Made by a program: the position numbers and the translations under genes
The notes under the pieces: generated by a model
Database searches by the model: none
Told to the model about the DNA's origin: nothing
The model's input: only the letters and a program-made list of their open reading frames with translations
NCBI GenBank assembly: GCA_045586685.1
Contig: JAZNAU010000002.1
Location: forward strand, 1-64,000
Source of the DNA: Clostridia bacterium
GTDB lineage: Bacteria > Bacillota > Clostridia > HGM11514
DNA: 64,000 bases
Reading direction: 5' to 3'
Shown here: positions 1 through 9,481 of the stretch, one piece after another
Numbering within the stretch: the stretch's first letter is position 1
How the letters are laid out: each line of letters starts with the position of its first letter

Positions 1-735
1 GGCTCTATGGCAATGATTTTGGGCATTTATGACCGTTTGATTTTAGCTGTCAACAATGCCATAAAATTTAAAAAGGAAAGCATTGTTTTTTTAATTCAAT
101 TTTTAATTGGTGCAGCAGCAGGTCTGGTGCTGTTTTCCAAAGCAGTTCCATACCTACTGACACAATTCCCCTTCCCCATGCACTTTTTCTTTATTGGCTG
201 TGTGGCAGGAGGGATTCCTATGATTTTCCGCGCGGCTAAAGTGACCAAATTTTCATGGAAAATTGTTGTATATTTACTTCTCGGTATTTTGCTGGTTACC
301 TTCATTGCCATGATTCCCAAAGGATTATTTGTATCAAAGACCGGATTTTTGGGAATCTTACTTCAGCTGGCAGGGGGCGTTATTATTGCTGCTGCTCTGG
401 TATTGCCCGGTATCAGCGTATCCCATATGCTTTATATGTTAGGATTGTATGAAACCGTAACGGAAGCGGTAGGAAACTTAGATATCTTATCCGTTTTACC
501 TTTGGGCATTGGTGTTGTATTAGGAATTTTACTGACCGCAAAGGTCATGGAAAAAGCCATGAAAAAAGCTCCTCAGTTTACTTATTTAGTGGTACTGGGC
601 TTTTTGTTCGGCTCTGTGCCTGAGTTATTCCCGGGAATTCCCACTACCGTTCTTTCCGTGATTGTCAGTCTTATCATGGCAAGCGTAGGATTTTTCTTTG
701 TGTATTTGATTACCAAAAAAGAAGCTCTTTCATAA
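1..735 (+). CDS. DUF368 family membrane protein (putative undecaprenyl-phosphate translocase), 5'-truncated by window edge
   Basis: Frame open from base 1 (GSMAMILGIYD); second repeat LPGISVSHMLYMLGLYE typical of DUF368; multiple TM helices. Confidence 0.8.
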   Translation, partial: GSMAMILGIYDRLILAVNNAIKFKKESIVFLIQFLIGAAAGLVLFSKAVPYLLTQFPFPMHFFFIGCVAGGIPMIFRAAKVTKFSWKIVVYLLLGILLVTFIAMIPKGLFVSKTGFLGILLQLAGGVIIAAALVLPGISVSHMLYMLGLYETVTEAVGNLDILSVLPLGIGVVLGILLTAKVMEKAMKKAPQFTYLVVLGFLFGSVPELFPGIPTTVLSVIVSLIMASVGFFFVYLITKKEALS

Positions 736-747
736 AAAACAGAAAAC

Positions 748-786
748 AACCGCTTGAAAAATTCGTTCTTTTTCAAGCGGTTTTTA
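748..786 (+). terminator. Intrinsic terminator
   Basis: AACCGCTTGAAAA / TTTTCAAGCGGTT stem followed by T-run, just after stop. Confidence 0.8.
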
Positions 787-862
787 AAAGATAAACCTCA
801 TTATTTTTGTTTTCTTATTTTCTTTTATGCTGGCGGTAGACTGTCTTTTTCGCTGATCTGAA

Positions 863-881
863 GGGGCGGAGTACCCGCCCC
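863..881. repeat. GC-rich REP-like hairpin
   Basis: GGGGCGG-AGTAC-CCGCCCC; related degenerate copy at 2195-2213. Confidence 0.4.
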
Positions 882-892
882 TGATTTATTGT

Positions 893-1636
893 TTAATTAT
901 ATATACTTGTTGGATCTAACCAATATGTTCCGGTTGTACCAAGCAATATATTGTTATACAAATTACCATAGTTATCCAAAGTTTTTTCCCAATACACTTG
1001 AATTTTACCGCTATTATAATCTATTGCTTTGACAATTCCATATTTTGTATATTTAAACACAAGGTTTTGATATACTCTCTGACCTACATAAAATTTTGAG
1101 AGTGCTGCTTTATTTTTATTTCTTTTTTCAGCCTCTTTAGCTTCCTTTTCTTTTTTTGCCGCTGCTTCTTTTTGTTTATTCTTTTCAGCTCGATACTCAG
1201 ATGTATTTATAAGCCATTTATATGTATAATCAGAATTTATAAACAAAGTACTTGTTATGCTATCCCAAGTATATGATACCTCCATATTATTTATTAAAAA
1301 GTTATTGGGAATCATTATTCTTCCATTTATAATTGTAGGAACAACATCAAGTCCATACCATTTGCCATTTTGATCAAATACACTTGCTTTCCCAACGGTA
1401 AAATGATATGTTTTTTTATCGTTATACAATTTAAATTCGTTTTCATTACGTGAACAAGAAAATCCGAGCTCTCCGGCAATATCTAAAATGGGAAGCATAT
1501 CAAATCTTCCTATTGTTGCAAATTCCCTTGTCACATAAACATTGTTAACGTACATTCCCGTTGGTTTGGCAGAGACCACTACCCCGCATGCAGCTATAAT
1601 TGTAAATACAAGTATTGCTGAAATAATTTTTTTCAT
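893..1636 (-). CDS. Secreted protein with copper-amine-oxidase N-terminal (stalk) domain
   Basis: GGAGG RBS before ATG 1636; signal peptide MKKIISAIL; LPILDIAGELG, LDVVPTIINGRIMIP and VSYTWD stalk-domain motifs. Confidence 0.7.
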   Translation of the reverse strand: MKKIISAILVFTIIAACGVVVSAKPTGMYVNNVYVTREFATIGRFDMLPILDIAGELGFSCSRNENEFKLYNDKKTYHFTVGKASVFDQNGKWYGLDVVPTIINGRIMIPNNFLINNMEVSYTWDSITSTLFINSDYTYKWLINTSEYRAEKNKQKEAAAKKEKEAKEAEKRNKNKAALSKFYVGQRVYQNLVFKYTKYGIVKAIDYNSGKIQVYWEKTLDNYGNLYNNILLGTTGTYWLDPTSIYN

Positions 1637-1797
1637 AATAAAACCTCCATTTTGCATAATTATTTTGCACCATTATTGCTTTAATGATAAATTAACCCCT
1701 CCGTTCCTCATTTAAAATTAACAAAAAGTGCATGAATCAAAGTTAAATACTGATAAGGAAAAGGAAAATATATATATTTTATCCTTAATCTTTTTCT

Positions 1798-1826
1798 ATT
1801 TTAACACACTTTCCACTATTTGTCAA
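1798..1826 (-). promoter_or_regulatory. SigA promoter for stalk-domain gene
   Basis: TTGACA-17-TAAAAT with extended TG on minus strand. Confidence 0.6.
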
Positions 1827-1889
1827 CTATATTCCACATAAAGTAATTAAATTTGTTGTAAAATGTTCACAGATAGTGGAGGAGATATT

Positions 1890-2189
1890 ATGATAAAAGA
1901 ATTTTCGGAAACCCTTAAAAATCTTCGTAATAAAAAAGGACTTACACAGACACAGCTTGCAGAAAAGCTATGGCTGAATAAATCCATTATTTCAGCATAC
2001 GAAAATCAACAGCGTATGCCTTCGCTTGATGTTTTAATTAAATTGTCTTATGAATTTAACGTTTCAATGGAATATCTTCTTGGAATTAGAAAAGAAAACA
2101 CCATTGACATAACGGGCTTAAAAGACGAACAGATTTCAATTATTGCACAGCTAATTGAGGAATTTAAGAAAAGTAACAAAAAATTGTAA
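1890..2189 (+). CDS. XRE-family HTH regulator
   Basis: LKNLRNKKGLTQTQLAEKL...ISAYE...PSLDVLIKLS; GGAGG RBS. Confidence 0.9.
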   Translation: MIKEFSETLKNLRNKKGLTQTQLAEKLWLNKSIISAYENQQRMPSLDVLIKLSYEFNVSMEYLLGIRKENTIDITGLKDEQISIIAQLIEEFKKSNKKL

Positions 2190-2339
2190 AAAGTCAGGCA
2201 AATACCCGCCCTGTGTATCTTATAATTAAATCGGTTTTATGTTTTCGCGAAGTGTTTCTTACAGATATGTGTCAACTCCGTTTTCTGCCTGAATTATAAC
2301 ACTGTGCAACATTTGGTTAATTTTTTCTATATTTTGTTC

Positions 2340-2368
2340 TTGACGAATACCCCCATAGGGTATATAAT
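2340..2368 (+). promoter_or_regulatory. csoR-copA promoter with CsoR operator
   Basis: TTGACG-17-TATAAT; operator ATACCCCCATAGGGTAT (2347-2363) in spacer matches CsoR TACC..GGTA palindrome. Confidence 0.85.
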
Positions 2369-2389
2369 CATATATAAGGAGGAAGTAAA

Positions 2390-2677
2390 ATGGAATGTTG
2401 TAAACACAAGAAACGAACCGAACAAGAGTATAAAAAATTAATCAACAGGTTAAACCGAATAGAAGGACAAATTCGGGGTATTCGAGGCATGGTGGAAAAG
2501 GATATTTACTGCACCGATATTTTAATTCAGGTGGCGGCAGTCAATGCGGCGTTGAACGCATTTAACAAAGAACTTCTGTCCAATCACATCAAAACCTGTG
2601 TGGCAAAAGATGTTCGGGAAGGAAAAGACGAAACCGTAGACGAATTGGTTTCCACACTACAAAAATTAATGAAATAA
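2390..2677 (+). CDS. csoR: Copper-sensing repressor CsoR
   Basis: [12 protein letters not shown]...C.DILIQ...HIKTCV Cys-His-Cys ligands; upstream of copA. Confidence 0.92.
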   Translation: MECCKHKKRTEQEYKKLINRLNRIEGQIRGIRGMVEKDIYCTDILIQVAAVNAALNAFNKELLSNHIKTCVAKDVREGKDETVDELVSTLQKLMK

Positions 2678-2691
2678 AAGAAGGTGAAAAC

Positions 2692-5160
2692 ATGGAACAA
2701 TATACCGTAACCGGCATGAGCTGTGCGGCATGCAGCAGGAGAGTGGAACAGGCGGTATCACAGGTAGAGGGAGTGATCTCTTGCTCTGTCAATCTTCTGA
2801 CCAATTCCATGATAATAGAAGGAACCGCATCAGAGGAAGCTATTATTTCTGCCGTAGAACAAGCAGGATACGGTGCCTTTAAAAAGGGAACGGAACAGAA
2901 AAAGAAGACATCTGATTCAGGAGAGAAAACAATCCGGCTTCGGTTGATTTCCTCTGTCCTATTTTTGCTTCCTTTAATATACATTTCCATGGGCCATACC
3001 ATGTGGGGTTGGTATCTGCCAAAACAGATAGCAAATAATCACGTGGCAATCGGTCTTTTACAGTTGCTTTTTTCCACCATCATTATTATCATCAATCAAA
3101 AATTTTTTATCAGCGGTTTTAAGGGACTTCTTCACAAAGCTCCCAACATGGATACTTTAGTTGCCTTAGGCTCAGGAGCCTCCTTTTTATACAGTACCGC
3201 TTGTTTGTTTGCCATGACAGATGCTCAGATGAAGGGTGATTCTTCCGCTGTCATGCACTATATGCACGAATTTTATTTTGAATCCGCAGCCATGATTCTG
3301 GCTTTGATTACGTTAGGAAAAATGCTGGAAGCCCGCTCCAAAGGAAAAACCACAGATGCACTCAAAAACTTAATGGAGCTTGCTCCAAGAAACGCAACTG
3401 TTATCATTGACGGAAAAGAAGAGTCTGTTCCCGTGGAACAAGTCAAAATTGGCACTGTTTTTCTTGTCCGACCGGGTGAAAATATTCCGGTGGACGGCGT
3501 TATATTAGAAGGAATGAGTGCTGTAAACGAAAGTGCTTTGACGGGGGAAAGCATTCCCATAGACAAGACTGTTGGCGACACGGTTTCTGCCGCAACCATC
3601 AACCAATCAGGCTTTTTGAAATGTGAAGCAACCAAGGTTGGGGAAGATACCGCGCTTTCCCAAATTATCCGCATGGTCAGCGATGCAGCCGCCACAAAAG
3701 CACCCATTGCAAAGGCGGCAGACAAGGTATCCGGCGTGTTTGTGCCGGTGGTGATGGTCATTGCTTTGATTACCGTTGCCGCATGGCTGTTGGCAGGTGA
3801 ATCTGTAGGCTTTGCCTTAGCACGGGGAATATCTGTTCTGGTTATCAGTTGCCCTTGTGCATTGGGTCTTGCCACCCCTGTTGCCATTATGGTGGGAAGC
3901 GGTGTGGGCGCAAAAAACGGGATTTTGTTTAAAACAGCAGTTTCGTTGGAGGAAACCGGAAAAACGAAGATTGTAGCACTGGATAAAACAGGAACCATTA
4001 CCCAAGGAAGACCGGAAGTAACTGACATAATTCCCGCCCCTTCGGTAACAGAACAACAACTGTTTGAAATGGCTCTTGCATTGGAACAAAAAAGCGAGCA
4101 TCCCCTTGCAAAAGCCATTGTGCAAAAGGGAGAGGGTATGACCCCTTTGGAAGTCACGGATTTTCAGATTTTTCCGGGAAACGGCTTAACGGCTCACGTG
4201 GGACAGGAAACATTAGTCGGAGGGAATCGTTTCTTTATCAGCAATTACGCAGAAATCCCTTTGGAGCTTCTTCAAAAAGCCGAACAGCTTGCAGATATGG
4301 GAAAAACCCCTTTATATTTTGCAAAAGGCCATACACTACTGGGTCTTATTGCCGTAGCTGATGTAATGAAAGAAGATAGCCCTCAGGCAATTAAGGAACT
4401 TCAAAATATGGGCATCCGTGTGGTTATGCTCACAGGTGATCACCCAAAAACCGCAGAAGCAATCGGAAAACAGGCAGGGGTTAACGAAGTGATTGCAGGT
4501 GTTCTTCCCGACGGAAAAGAAAAGGTCATCCGTGATTTGAAAGGCAAAGGGAAAACCGCCATGGTTGGTGACGGCATTAACGATGCTCCCGCCCTTACCC
4601 GTGCAGATATGGGTATTGCCATCGGTGCGGGAACTGATATTGCCATTGATTCAGCAGATGTGATATTGATGAAAAGTAAGTTATCCGATGTTGTGGGGGC
4701 AATCCGTCTGAGTCGGGCGGTCTTAAAAAACATTTACCAAAATCTGTTTTGGGCATTTTTCTATAACGTCATGGGAATCCCCTTGGCAGCAGGGGTGTGG
4801 ATTCCCTTGTTTGGCTGGAAATTAAACCCTATGTTTGGTGCGGCAGCCATGAGTCTATCCAGTGTTTTTGTTGTAACCAATGCACTTCGGCTGAATTTCA
4901 TTTCTATTCGGGATACAAAAAAAGAGAAAAACAAAATTCCAAGAAAGGAGAAAAAAGGATTGGAAAAAACATTGAAAATTGAAGGAATGATGTGTCCTCA
5001 CTGCGAGGCAAGAGTGAAAAAAGTGTTAGAGGAAATCCCTCAGGTTGCCTCCGCGGAGGTCAGTCACGAAAAAGGAACCGCAATCGTTACCTTACACCAA
5101 GACCTGTCTGATGATCTATTGAAAAAGACGGTGGAGGATCAGGGATATACGGTACTGTAA
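2692..5160 (+). CDS. copA: Copper-exporting P1B-type ATPase with N- and C-terminal HMA domains
   Basis: GMSCAAC, TGES, CPC, DKTGT, SEHP, GDGIND, YN and MSLSS motifs; C-terminal GMMCPHC. Confidence 0.95.
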   Translation: MEQYTVTGMSCAACSRRVEQAVSQVEGVISCSVNLLTNSMIIEGTASEEAIISAVEQAGYGAFKKGTEQKKKTSDSGEKTIRLRLISSVLFLLPLIYISMGHTMWGWYLPKQIANNHVAIGLLQLLFSTIIIIINQKFFISGFKGLLHKAPNMDTLVALGSGASFLYSTACLFAMTDAQMKGDSSAVMHYMHEFYFESAAMILALITLGKMLEARSKGKTTDALKNLMELAPRNATVIIDGKEESVPVEQVKIGTVFLVRPGENIPVDGVILEGMSAVNESALTGESIPIDKTVGDTVSAATINQSGFLKCEATKVGEDTALSQIIRMVSDAAATKAPIAKAADKVSGVFVPVVMVIALITVAAWLLAGESVGFALARGISVLVISCPCALGLATPVAIMVGSGVGAKNGILFKTAVSLEETGKTKIVALDKTGTITQGRPEVTDIIPAPSVTEQQLFEMALALEQKSEHPLAKAIVQKGEGMTPLEVTDFQIFPGNGLTAHVGQETLVGGNRFFISNYAEIPLELLQKAEQLADMGKTPLYFAKGHTLLGLIAVADVMKEDSPQAIKELQNMGIRVVMLTGDHPKTAEAIGKQAGVNEVIAGVLPDGKEKVIRDLKGKGKTAMVGDGINDAPALTRADMGIAIGAGTDIAIDSADVILMKSKLSDVVGAIRLSRAVLKNIYQNLFWAFFYNVMGIPLAAGVWIPLFGWKLNPMFGAAAMSLSSVFVVTNALRLNFISIRDTKKEKNKIPRKEKKGLEKTLKIEGMMCPHCEARVKKVLEEIPQVASAEVSHEKGTAIVTLHQDLSDDLLKKTVEDQGYTVL

Positions 5161-5165
5161 AATGC

Positions 5166-5199
5166 AAGACGGCACAACCAAAATCGGTTGTGCCGTTTT
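5166..5199. terminator. Bidirectional terminator
   Basis: ACGGCACAACC / GGTTGTGCCGT stem between convergent genes. Confidence 0.85.
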
Positions 5200-5419
5200 A
5201 TTTCATTTTTCTAGGATAAGGTTTTTTCTCATCTGTTAATTCCGCAAGATAATCCATGCTTGTATTTAATGCCAATGCAATTTTTCTGCACTGCTCAAAT
5301 GTCAAATACCGTTTGCCGTTTTCAATTTTTGAATAATCGCTTTGGTCAATTCCTGTCAACATTTGCATTTTCACTTGGGTATATCCTTTTTCTTTTCGTA
5401 AATCGGATAATCTGCTCAT
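5198..5419 (-). CDS. Small XRE-family HTH protein
   Basis: RLSDLRKEKGYTQ...IDQSDYSKIENG...LNTSMDYL; GAGGTG RBS. Confidence 0.88.
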   Translation of the reverse strand: MSRLSDLRKEKGYTQVKMQMLTGIDQSDYSKIENGKRYLTFEQCRKIALALNTSMDYLAELTDEKKPYPRKMK

Positions 5420-5441
5420 GTTTTACTCACCTCATATTAAT

Positions 5442-5487
5442 TATGTCATAATGACCTATTGACAATAGGGTTAAATTGACCTAAAAT
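5442..5487 (+). promoter_or_regulatory. SigA promoter with two GTYA-N3-TGAC operators
   Basis: TTGACA(5459)-17-TAAAAT(5482); TATGTCA-TAA-TGACCTA and GGTTA-AAT-TGACCTA 25 bp apart. Confidence 0.6.
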
Positions 5488-5506
5488 ATAGTATGAGGTG
5501 ATTTTT

Positions 5507-5941
5507 ATGAAACATACTTGTTGTTTTTGCGGACATTCAGAAATAGAAACAATATCGTTGTCTGTATTGAAAAAGACAATATCAGAGCTTGTGGAACAAA
5601 AAGGAGTAATTCAATTTTATTCAGGACATAAAGGCGAATTTGACAGTCTGTGCGAAAAGGTTGTATTGGATTTAAAAGAATGTTATCCTCAAATTCGTTT
5701 ATACTGGGTGATTCCATATCGAACAAAAGCATTGGAGGATCATTTTTTATGCTCAAAATTTGATAATATAATCTTTCCCGAATTACAAAACTTTAGAAAA
5801 TTTGCAATTCTTGAGAGAAATCGTTGGATGGTAGATCATTCGTTATATGTAGTCGCTTTTCTTCACAGGAAAAGCAGGGCAAAAGATATGCTTGATTATG
5901 CAAAGAAAAAAGAAAAGATCATCTATCAAATTCCTATCTAA
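5507..5941 (+). CDS. SLOG superfamily (YspA/DUF1273-like) protein
   Basis: CCFCGH N-terminus, FYSG..GEFD, AILERNRWMVDHS motifs. Confidence 0.75.
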   Translation: MKHTCCFCGHSEIETISLSVLKKTISELVEQKGVIQFYSGHKGEFDSLCEKVVLDLKECYPQIRLYWVIPYRTKALEDHFLCSKFDNIIFPELQNFRKFAILERNRWMVDHSLYVVAFLHRKSRAKDMLDYAKKKEKIIYQIPI

Positions 5942-6028
5942 CTTACCATAAATTTACTAATTTGGAAGAAAAATCAATGATCAAAGTATAATAGAAATTT
6001 TACAATTTGATTACATTTGAAAAACCTC

Positions 6029-6081
6029 TTGACATGGTAGATGTTGTATGGTAAACTGATAATGCACACAAGATATAGTGC
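6029..6081 (+). promoter_or_regulatory. nrdD promoter with NrdR boxes
   Basis: TTGACA-17-TAAACT with extended TG; ACACAAGATATAGTGC (6066-6081) and weaker ATGGTAGATGTTGTAT 32 bp upstream. Confidence 0.75.
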
Positions 6082-6114
6082 ATGGGAAAATCAAAAGAAA
6101 GAGGTCGGAAAAGG

Positions 6115-8430
6115 ATGTTTCAAACCATTGTAAAAAGGGACGGTCGTGAGGTTCCCTATGATATCACGAAAATAGAAAAAGCCATTGATAAGGCGATGCA
6201 GGCCTGCGGGAGAAATAACCCTCAGGAAAGCAGACGGATTGCAGAGCTGGTAGAACAAAAACTTCAAGCTCAATTTACGGGAGCAACACCCGGTATAGAA
6301 AATATTCAGGATACCGTCGAAACTGTTTTAATGGAAAACGGTTATGCGTTTGTATCTAAAAAATACATTTTATACCGTGCGGAAAGAAGCCGTAACCGCG
6401 AAATGAATACCAAACTGATGCGTGTGTACGACGAAATTACTTTTTCTGATGCAAAAGCGAGCGATATGAAGCGTGACAATGCCAATATCGACGGCGACAC
6501 CGCAATGGGAACCATGTTAAAATACGGCTCCGAAGGAGCGAAGGATTATTATGAAAAGTGCATTCTTCCTCCCGAACAAAGCAAGGCACATCGAGAAGGC
6601 GACATCCATATTCATGACTTTGATTTTTATACATTGACAACCACTTGCTGTCAGATTGATATTTCCAAGCTGTTTGAAGGCGGTTTTTCCACCGGTCACG
6701 GTTATCTTCGCGAACCCAACGATATCCGCAGCTATGCAGCCTTGGCTTGTATTGCAATTCAGTCCAACCAGAATGACCAGCACGGAGGTCAGAGTATTCC
6801 TAACTTTGATTACGGTCTGGCAAAGGGCGTAGAAAAAACCTACAAAAAGCTGTATGCTGCAAACTTTGTGAAGGCAGCAGTTCTTCTTTCCGATGTGAAA
6901 AAGACGGAGGAAGAATGGAAAGAGCTGATAAAAGGGATTGAAAAGGAAACCGGACTTTATCCCCGTCTAAGCATGGAAGATTTTAAATATCAGAAAAAAG
7001 AGCAGGAAGTGTTTGAACCCATTTTAGGTAAAGACCTTCTGAAAAAAGTTCATGCGTTTGCGGAAAAGAGTGCTTTGGAAGAAACGGATAAGGCAACGTA
7101 TCAGGCAATGGAAGCATTGGTGCATAATTTGAACACTATGCACAGCCGTGCCGGTGCACAAACACCCTTCTCCTCCATTAACTACGGAACCGATACCTCT
7201 CCCGAAGGAAGAATGATTATTAAAAATATTCTTCTGGCAACAGAAGCAGGTTTGGGCTTTGGTGAAACCGCCATTTTCCCTATTCATATTTTCAAGGTAA
7301 AAGAAGGGGTAAACTACAATCCGGAAGACCCTAACTATGATTTGTTCCGTCTGGCGTGTCAAGTCAGTGCAAAGAGATTGTTCCCCAACTTCTCCTTTAT
7401 TGATGCACCCTACAACCTGAAATATTATAAACCCGGTCGTCCAGAAACCGAAATTTCCTACATGGGCTGTAGAACTCGTGTCATTGGAAACGTTCATGAT
7501 ACCGAAAAGGAAATTACCTTTGGACGGGGAAACTTAAGTTTTACATCCATCAATTTGCCTCGGATTGCCATTAAGAGCAACCGTAGTCTGGAATGGTTCT
7601 TTGAAGAACTGGAACGAAAGCTTGATTTGGTTACCAAGCAACTGATGGATCGTTACCTGATTGTTGCCAAAAAGAAAATGCACAATTTCCCCTTCTTGAT
7701 GGGACAAGGCGTTTGGATCAATTCTGATACCATTTCCCCCGACGAAGAAATCGGAGAAATCTTAAAGCACGGCACCTTATCTGTAGGCTTTATCGGTCTG
7801 GCAGAAGCGTTGGTGGCATTGACGGGGAAACATCATGGAGAATCAGAAGAATCCCGCATTTTAGGTTTGGAAATTGTTGGATTTATGCGTGATTACTTAG
7901 ACCGCTTAAGTCAGGAAAAGCAAATGAACTTTACTCTGCTGGCAACCCCTGCAGAAGGCTTGTCCGGCAGATTTATCCGTATGGACAGAAGGAAATTTGG
8001 CGAAATTCCAGGTGTTACCGACCGTGAATACTACACCAATAGTTTCCATGTCCCCGTATATCATCTGATCAGTGCATACGATAAAATCAATATAGAAGCG
8101 CCCTACCATGCATTAACCAATGCAGGTCATATCACTTATGTGGAATTGGATGGTAATACCGCCAACAATCTGGAAGCCTTTGAAAAGGTTGTCCGCACCA
8201 TGAAGGAAGCAGGAGTGGGTTACGGTTCTATCAACCACCCTGTTGACAGTGATCCCGTTTGCGGTTACAGAGGCGTCATTGATGATGAATGTCCTAAATG
8301 CGGAAGAAAAGAGGGAGATGTCCCCTTCAATCGAATCCGCCGTATTACCGGATATCTGGTAGGAACCTTGGATCGGTTTAACGATGCAAAACGTGCAGAA
8401 GAATCCGATCGGGTGAAGCATCATGTGTGA
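6115..8430 (+). CDS. nrdD: Anaerobic class III ribonucleoside-triphosphate reductase
   Basis: ATP cone (VKRDGR), HIHD, TTTCCQ, YMGCR, TPAEGL, glycyl radical RITGYL. Confidence 0.97.
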   Translation: MFQTIVKRDGREVPYDITKIEKAIDKAMQACGRNNPQESRRIAELVEQKLQAQFTGATPGIENIQDTVETVLMENGYAFVSKKYILYRAERSRNREMNTKLMRVYDEITFSDAKASDMKRDNANIDGDTAMGTMLKYGSEGAKDYYEKCILPPEQSKAHREGDIHIHDFDFYTLTTTCCQIDISKLFEGGFSTGHGYLREPNDIRSYAALACIAIQSNQNDQHGGQSIPNFDYGLAKGVEKTYKKLYAANFVKAAVLLSDVKKTEEEWKELIKGIEKETGLYPRLSMEDFKYQKKEQEVFEPILGKDLLKKVHAFAEKSALEETDKATYQAMEALVHNLNTMHSRAGAQTPFSSINYGTDTSPEGRMIIKNILLATEAGLGFGETAIFPIHIFKVKEGVNYNPEDPNYDLFRLACQVSAKRLFPNFSFIDAPYNLKYYKPGRPETEISYMGCRTRVIGNVHDTEKEITFGRGNLSFTSINLPRIAIKSNRSLEWFFEELERKLDLVTKQLMDRYLIVAKKKMHNFPFLMGQGVWINSDTISPDEEIGEILKHGTLSVGFIGLAEALVALTGKHHGESEESRILGLEIVGFMRDYLDRLSQEKQMNFTLLATPAEGLSGRFIRMDRRKFGEIPGVTDREYYTNSFHVPVYHLISAYDKINIEAPYHALTNAGHITYVELDGNTANNLEAFEKVVRTMKEAGVGYGSINHPVDSDPVCGYRGVIDDECPKCGRKEGDVPFNRIRRITGYLVGTLDRFNDAKRAEESDRVKHHV

Positions 8431-8947
8431 AACTATGATCCGTGTGGCAGGGTCGGTGAATGATTCTATTACCGACGGTCCCGGATTACGGTATACCTTA
8501 TTTGTTCAGGGATGCCCGCACCATTGTCCAGGCTGTCACAATCCTCAGACCCACCCTTTTGAGGGGGGGTCTTTGCGTGAGGCCAAGGAAATCGGAGAGG
8601 AAATTTTAAAAAATCCCATGCTTTCCGGATTGACCCTAAGCGGTGGCGAGCCTATTTGTCAAGCAGAAAATTTAATTCCTCTTTGCCGTATGGTAAAGGA
8701 GGGGGGGCTGGATATCGCTATCTATTCAGGATATAGCTTTGAGCAATTATGGGAAATGGAAGACAGTGCAGTAAAAGAGTTGCTTTCTCTTTGCGATGTA
8801 CTGATCGACGGCCCCTTTTTACTGGATCAAAAAAGCTTGGCACTTCTGTTTCGCGGTTCAAAAAATCAAAGAATTCTGAATCTTCCTGCTTCATTAAAGA
8901 CAGGGAAAGCAGTTTTGGAAACTTCCGAGCGATGGATGGGACAGTAA
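8423..8947 (+). CDS. nrdG: Anaerobic RNR activating radical-SAM enzyme
   Basis: DGPGLR, CPHHCPGC, SGGEP, RGSKNQR; overlaps nrdD stop. Confidence 0.95.
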   Translation: MCETMIRVAGSVNDSITDGPGLRYTLFVQGCPHHCPGCHNPQTHPFEGGSLREAKEIGEEILKNPMLSGLTLSGGEPICQAENLIPLCRMVKEGGLDIAIYSGYSFEQLWEMEDSAVKELLSLCDVLIDGPFLLDQKSLALLFRGSKNQRILNLPASLKTGKAVLETSERWMGQ

Positions 8948-8959
8948 GATAAAGGAGAC

Positions 8960-9163
8960 GTGCAGATTATGCCCTTACAAATCAACGTAGGAGATACCTT
9001 GGAACTGAAAAAAAAACACCCATGCGGAAGCATAGAGTGGAAAACCATTCGTATCGGTGCGGATTTCAAGATTCAATGCATGGGATGCGGAAGTGAAATT
9101 ATGCTTCCTCGGGTGAAGCTGGAAAAAAGTGTGAAAAAAATAAATGGTGAACATGTCAAATAA
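8960..9163 (+). CDS. DUF951 family protein
   Basis: KKHPCGS..W...RIGADF.I.C..CG; AAGGAG RBS. Confidence 0.88.
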   Translation: MQIMPLQINVGDTLELKKKHPCGSIEWKTIRIGADFKIQCMGCGSEIMLPRVKLEKSVKKINGEHVK

Positions 9164-9194
9164 CTTTCTTGTTTAGGGAGATAGCCTTTTGATT

Positions 9195-9330
9195 ACAGCA
9201 AAAAAGACAGTCTTTGGGGATGACTGTCTCTTTTGCTTATTTTATGAGGGGAAAACGTTAGCCAATCCTCAGATCGACTTACCGCTAAATATGTTGGGGG
9301 ACATATTTAGCCTCCATACCTTTAGGTACA
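9195..9330 (-). ncRNA. Candidate small RNA with C-rich loops (possibly CsfG-like)
   Basis: GC-richer structured stretch in AT-rich spacer; 11-bp stem with CCCCCA loop, TGAGG/CCTCA stem with TTTTCCCC, terminator loop ATCCCC; TATAAT at 9336-9341 on minus strand. Confidence 0.4.
9197..9237. terminator. Bidirectional terminator
   Basis: AGACAGTC / GACTGTCT stem with A/T runs on both sides. Confidence 0.75.
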
Positions 9331-9481
9331 AATTTATTATAAATTAAAATTATGGACACTTTATGAACAAATAATGAATTTTTTATAATAAACAGAATTT
9401 TGTGCAATAAAACCAAATATAATGCAAGAATTTTATTTTTTTTTTTGATAAAATTAAAAAAAACGGAAAGGTGGAATTTAA

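Noticed and set aside
4960-5160. C-terminal HMA domain on CopA as a novel fusion
   Set aside because: This architecture is common in clostridial CopA proteins
9255-9275. CTGAGGA on the minus strand as a hammerhead ribozyme core
   Set aside because: No stem II closed by GAAA follows
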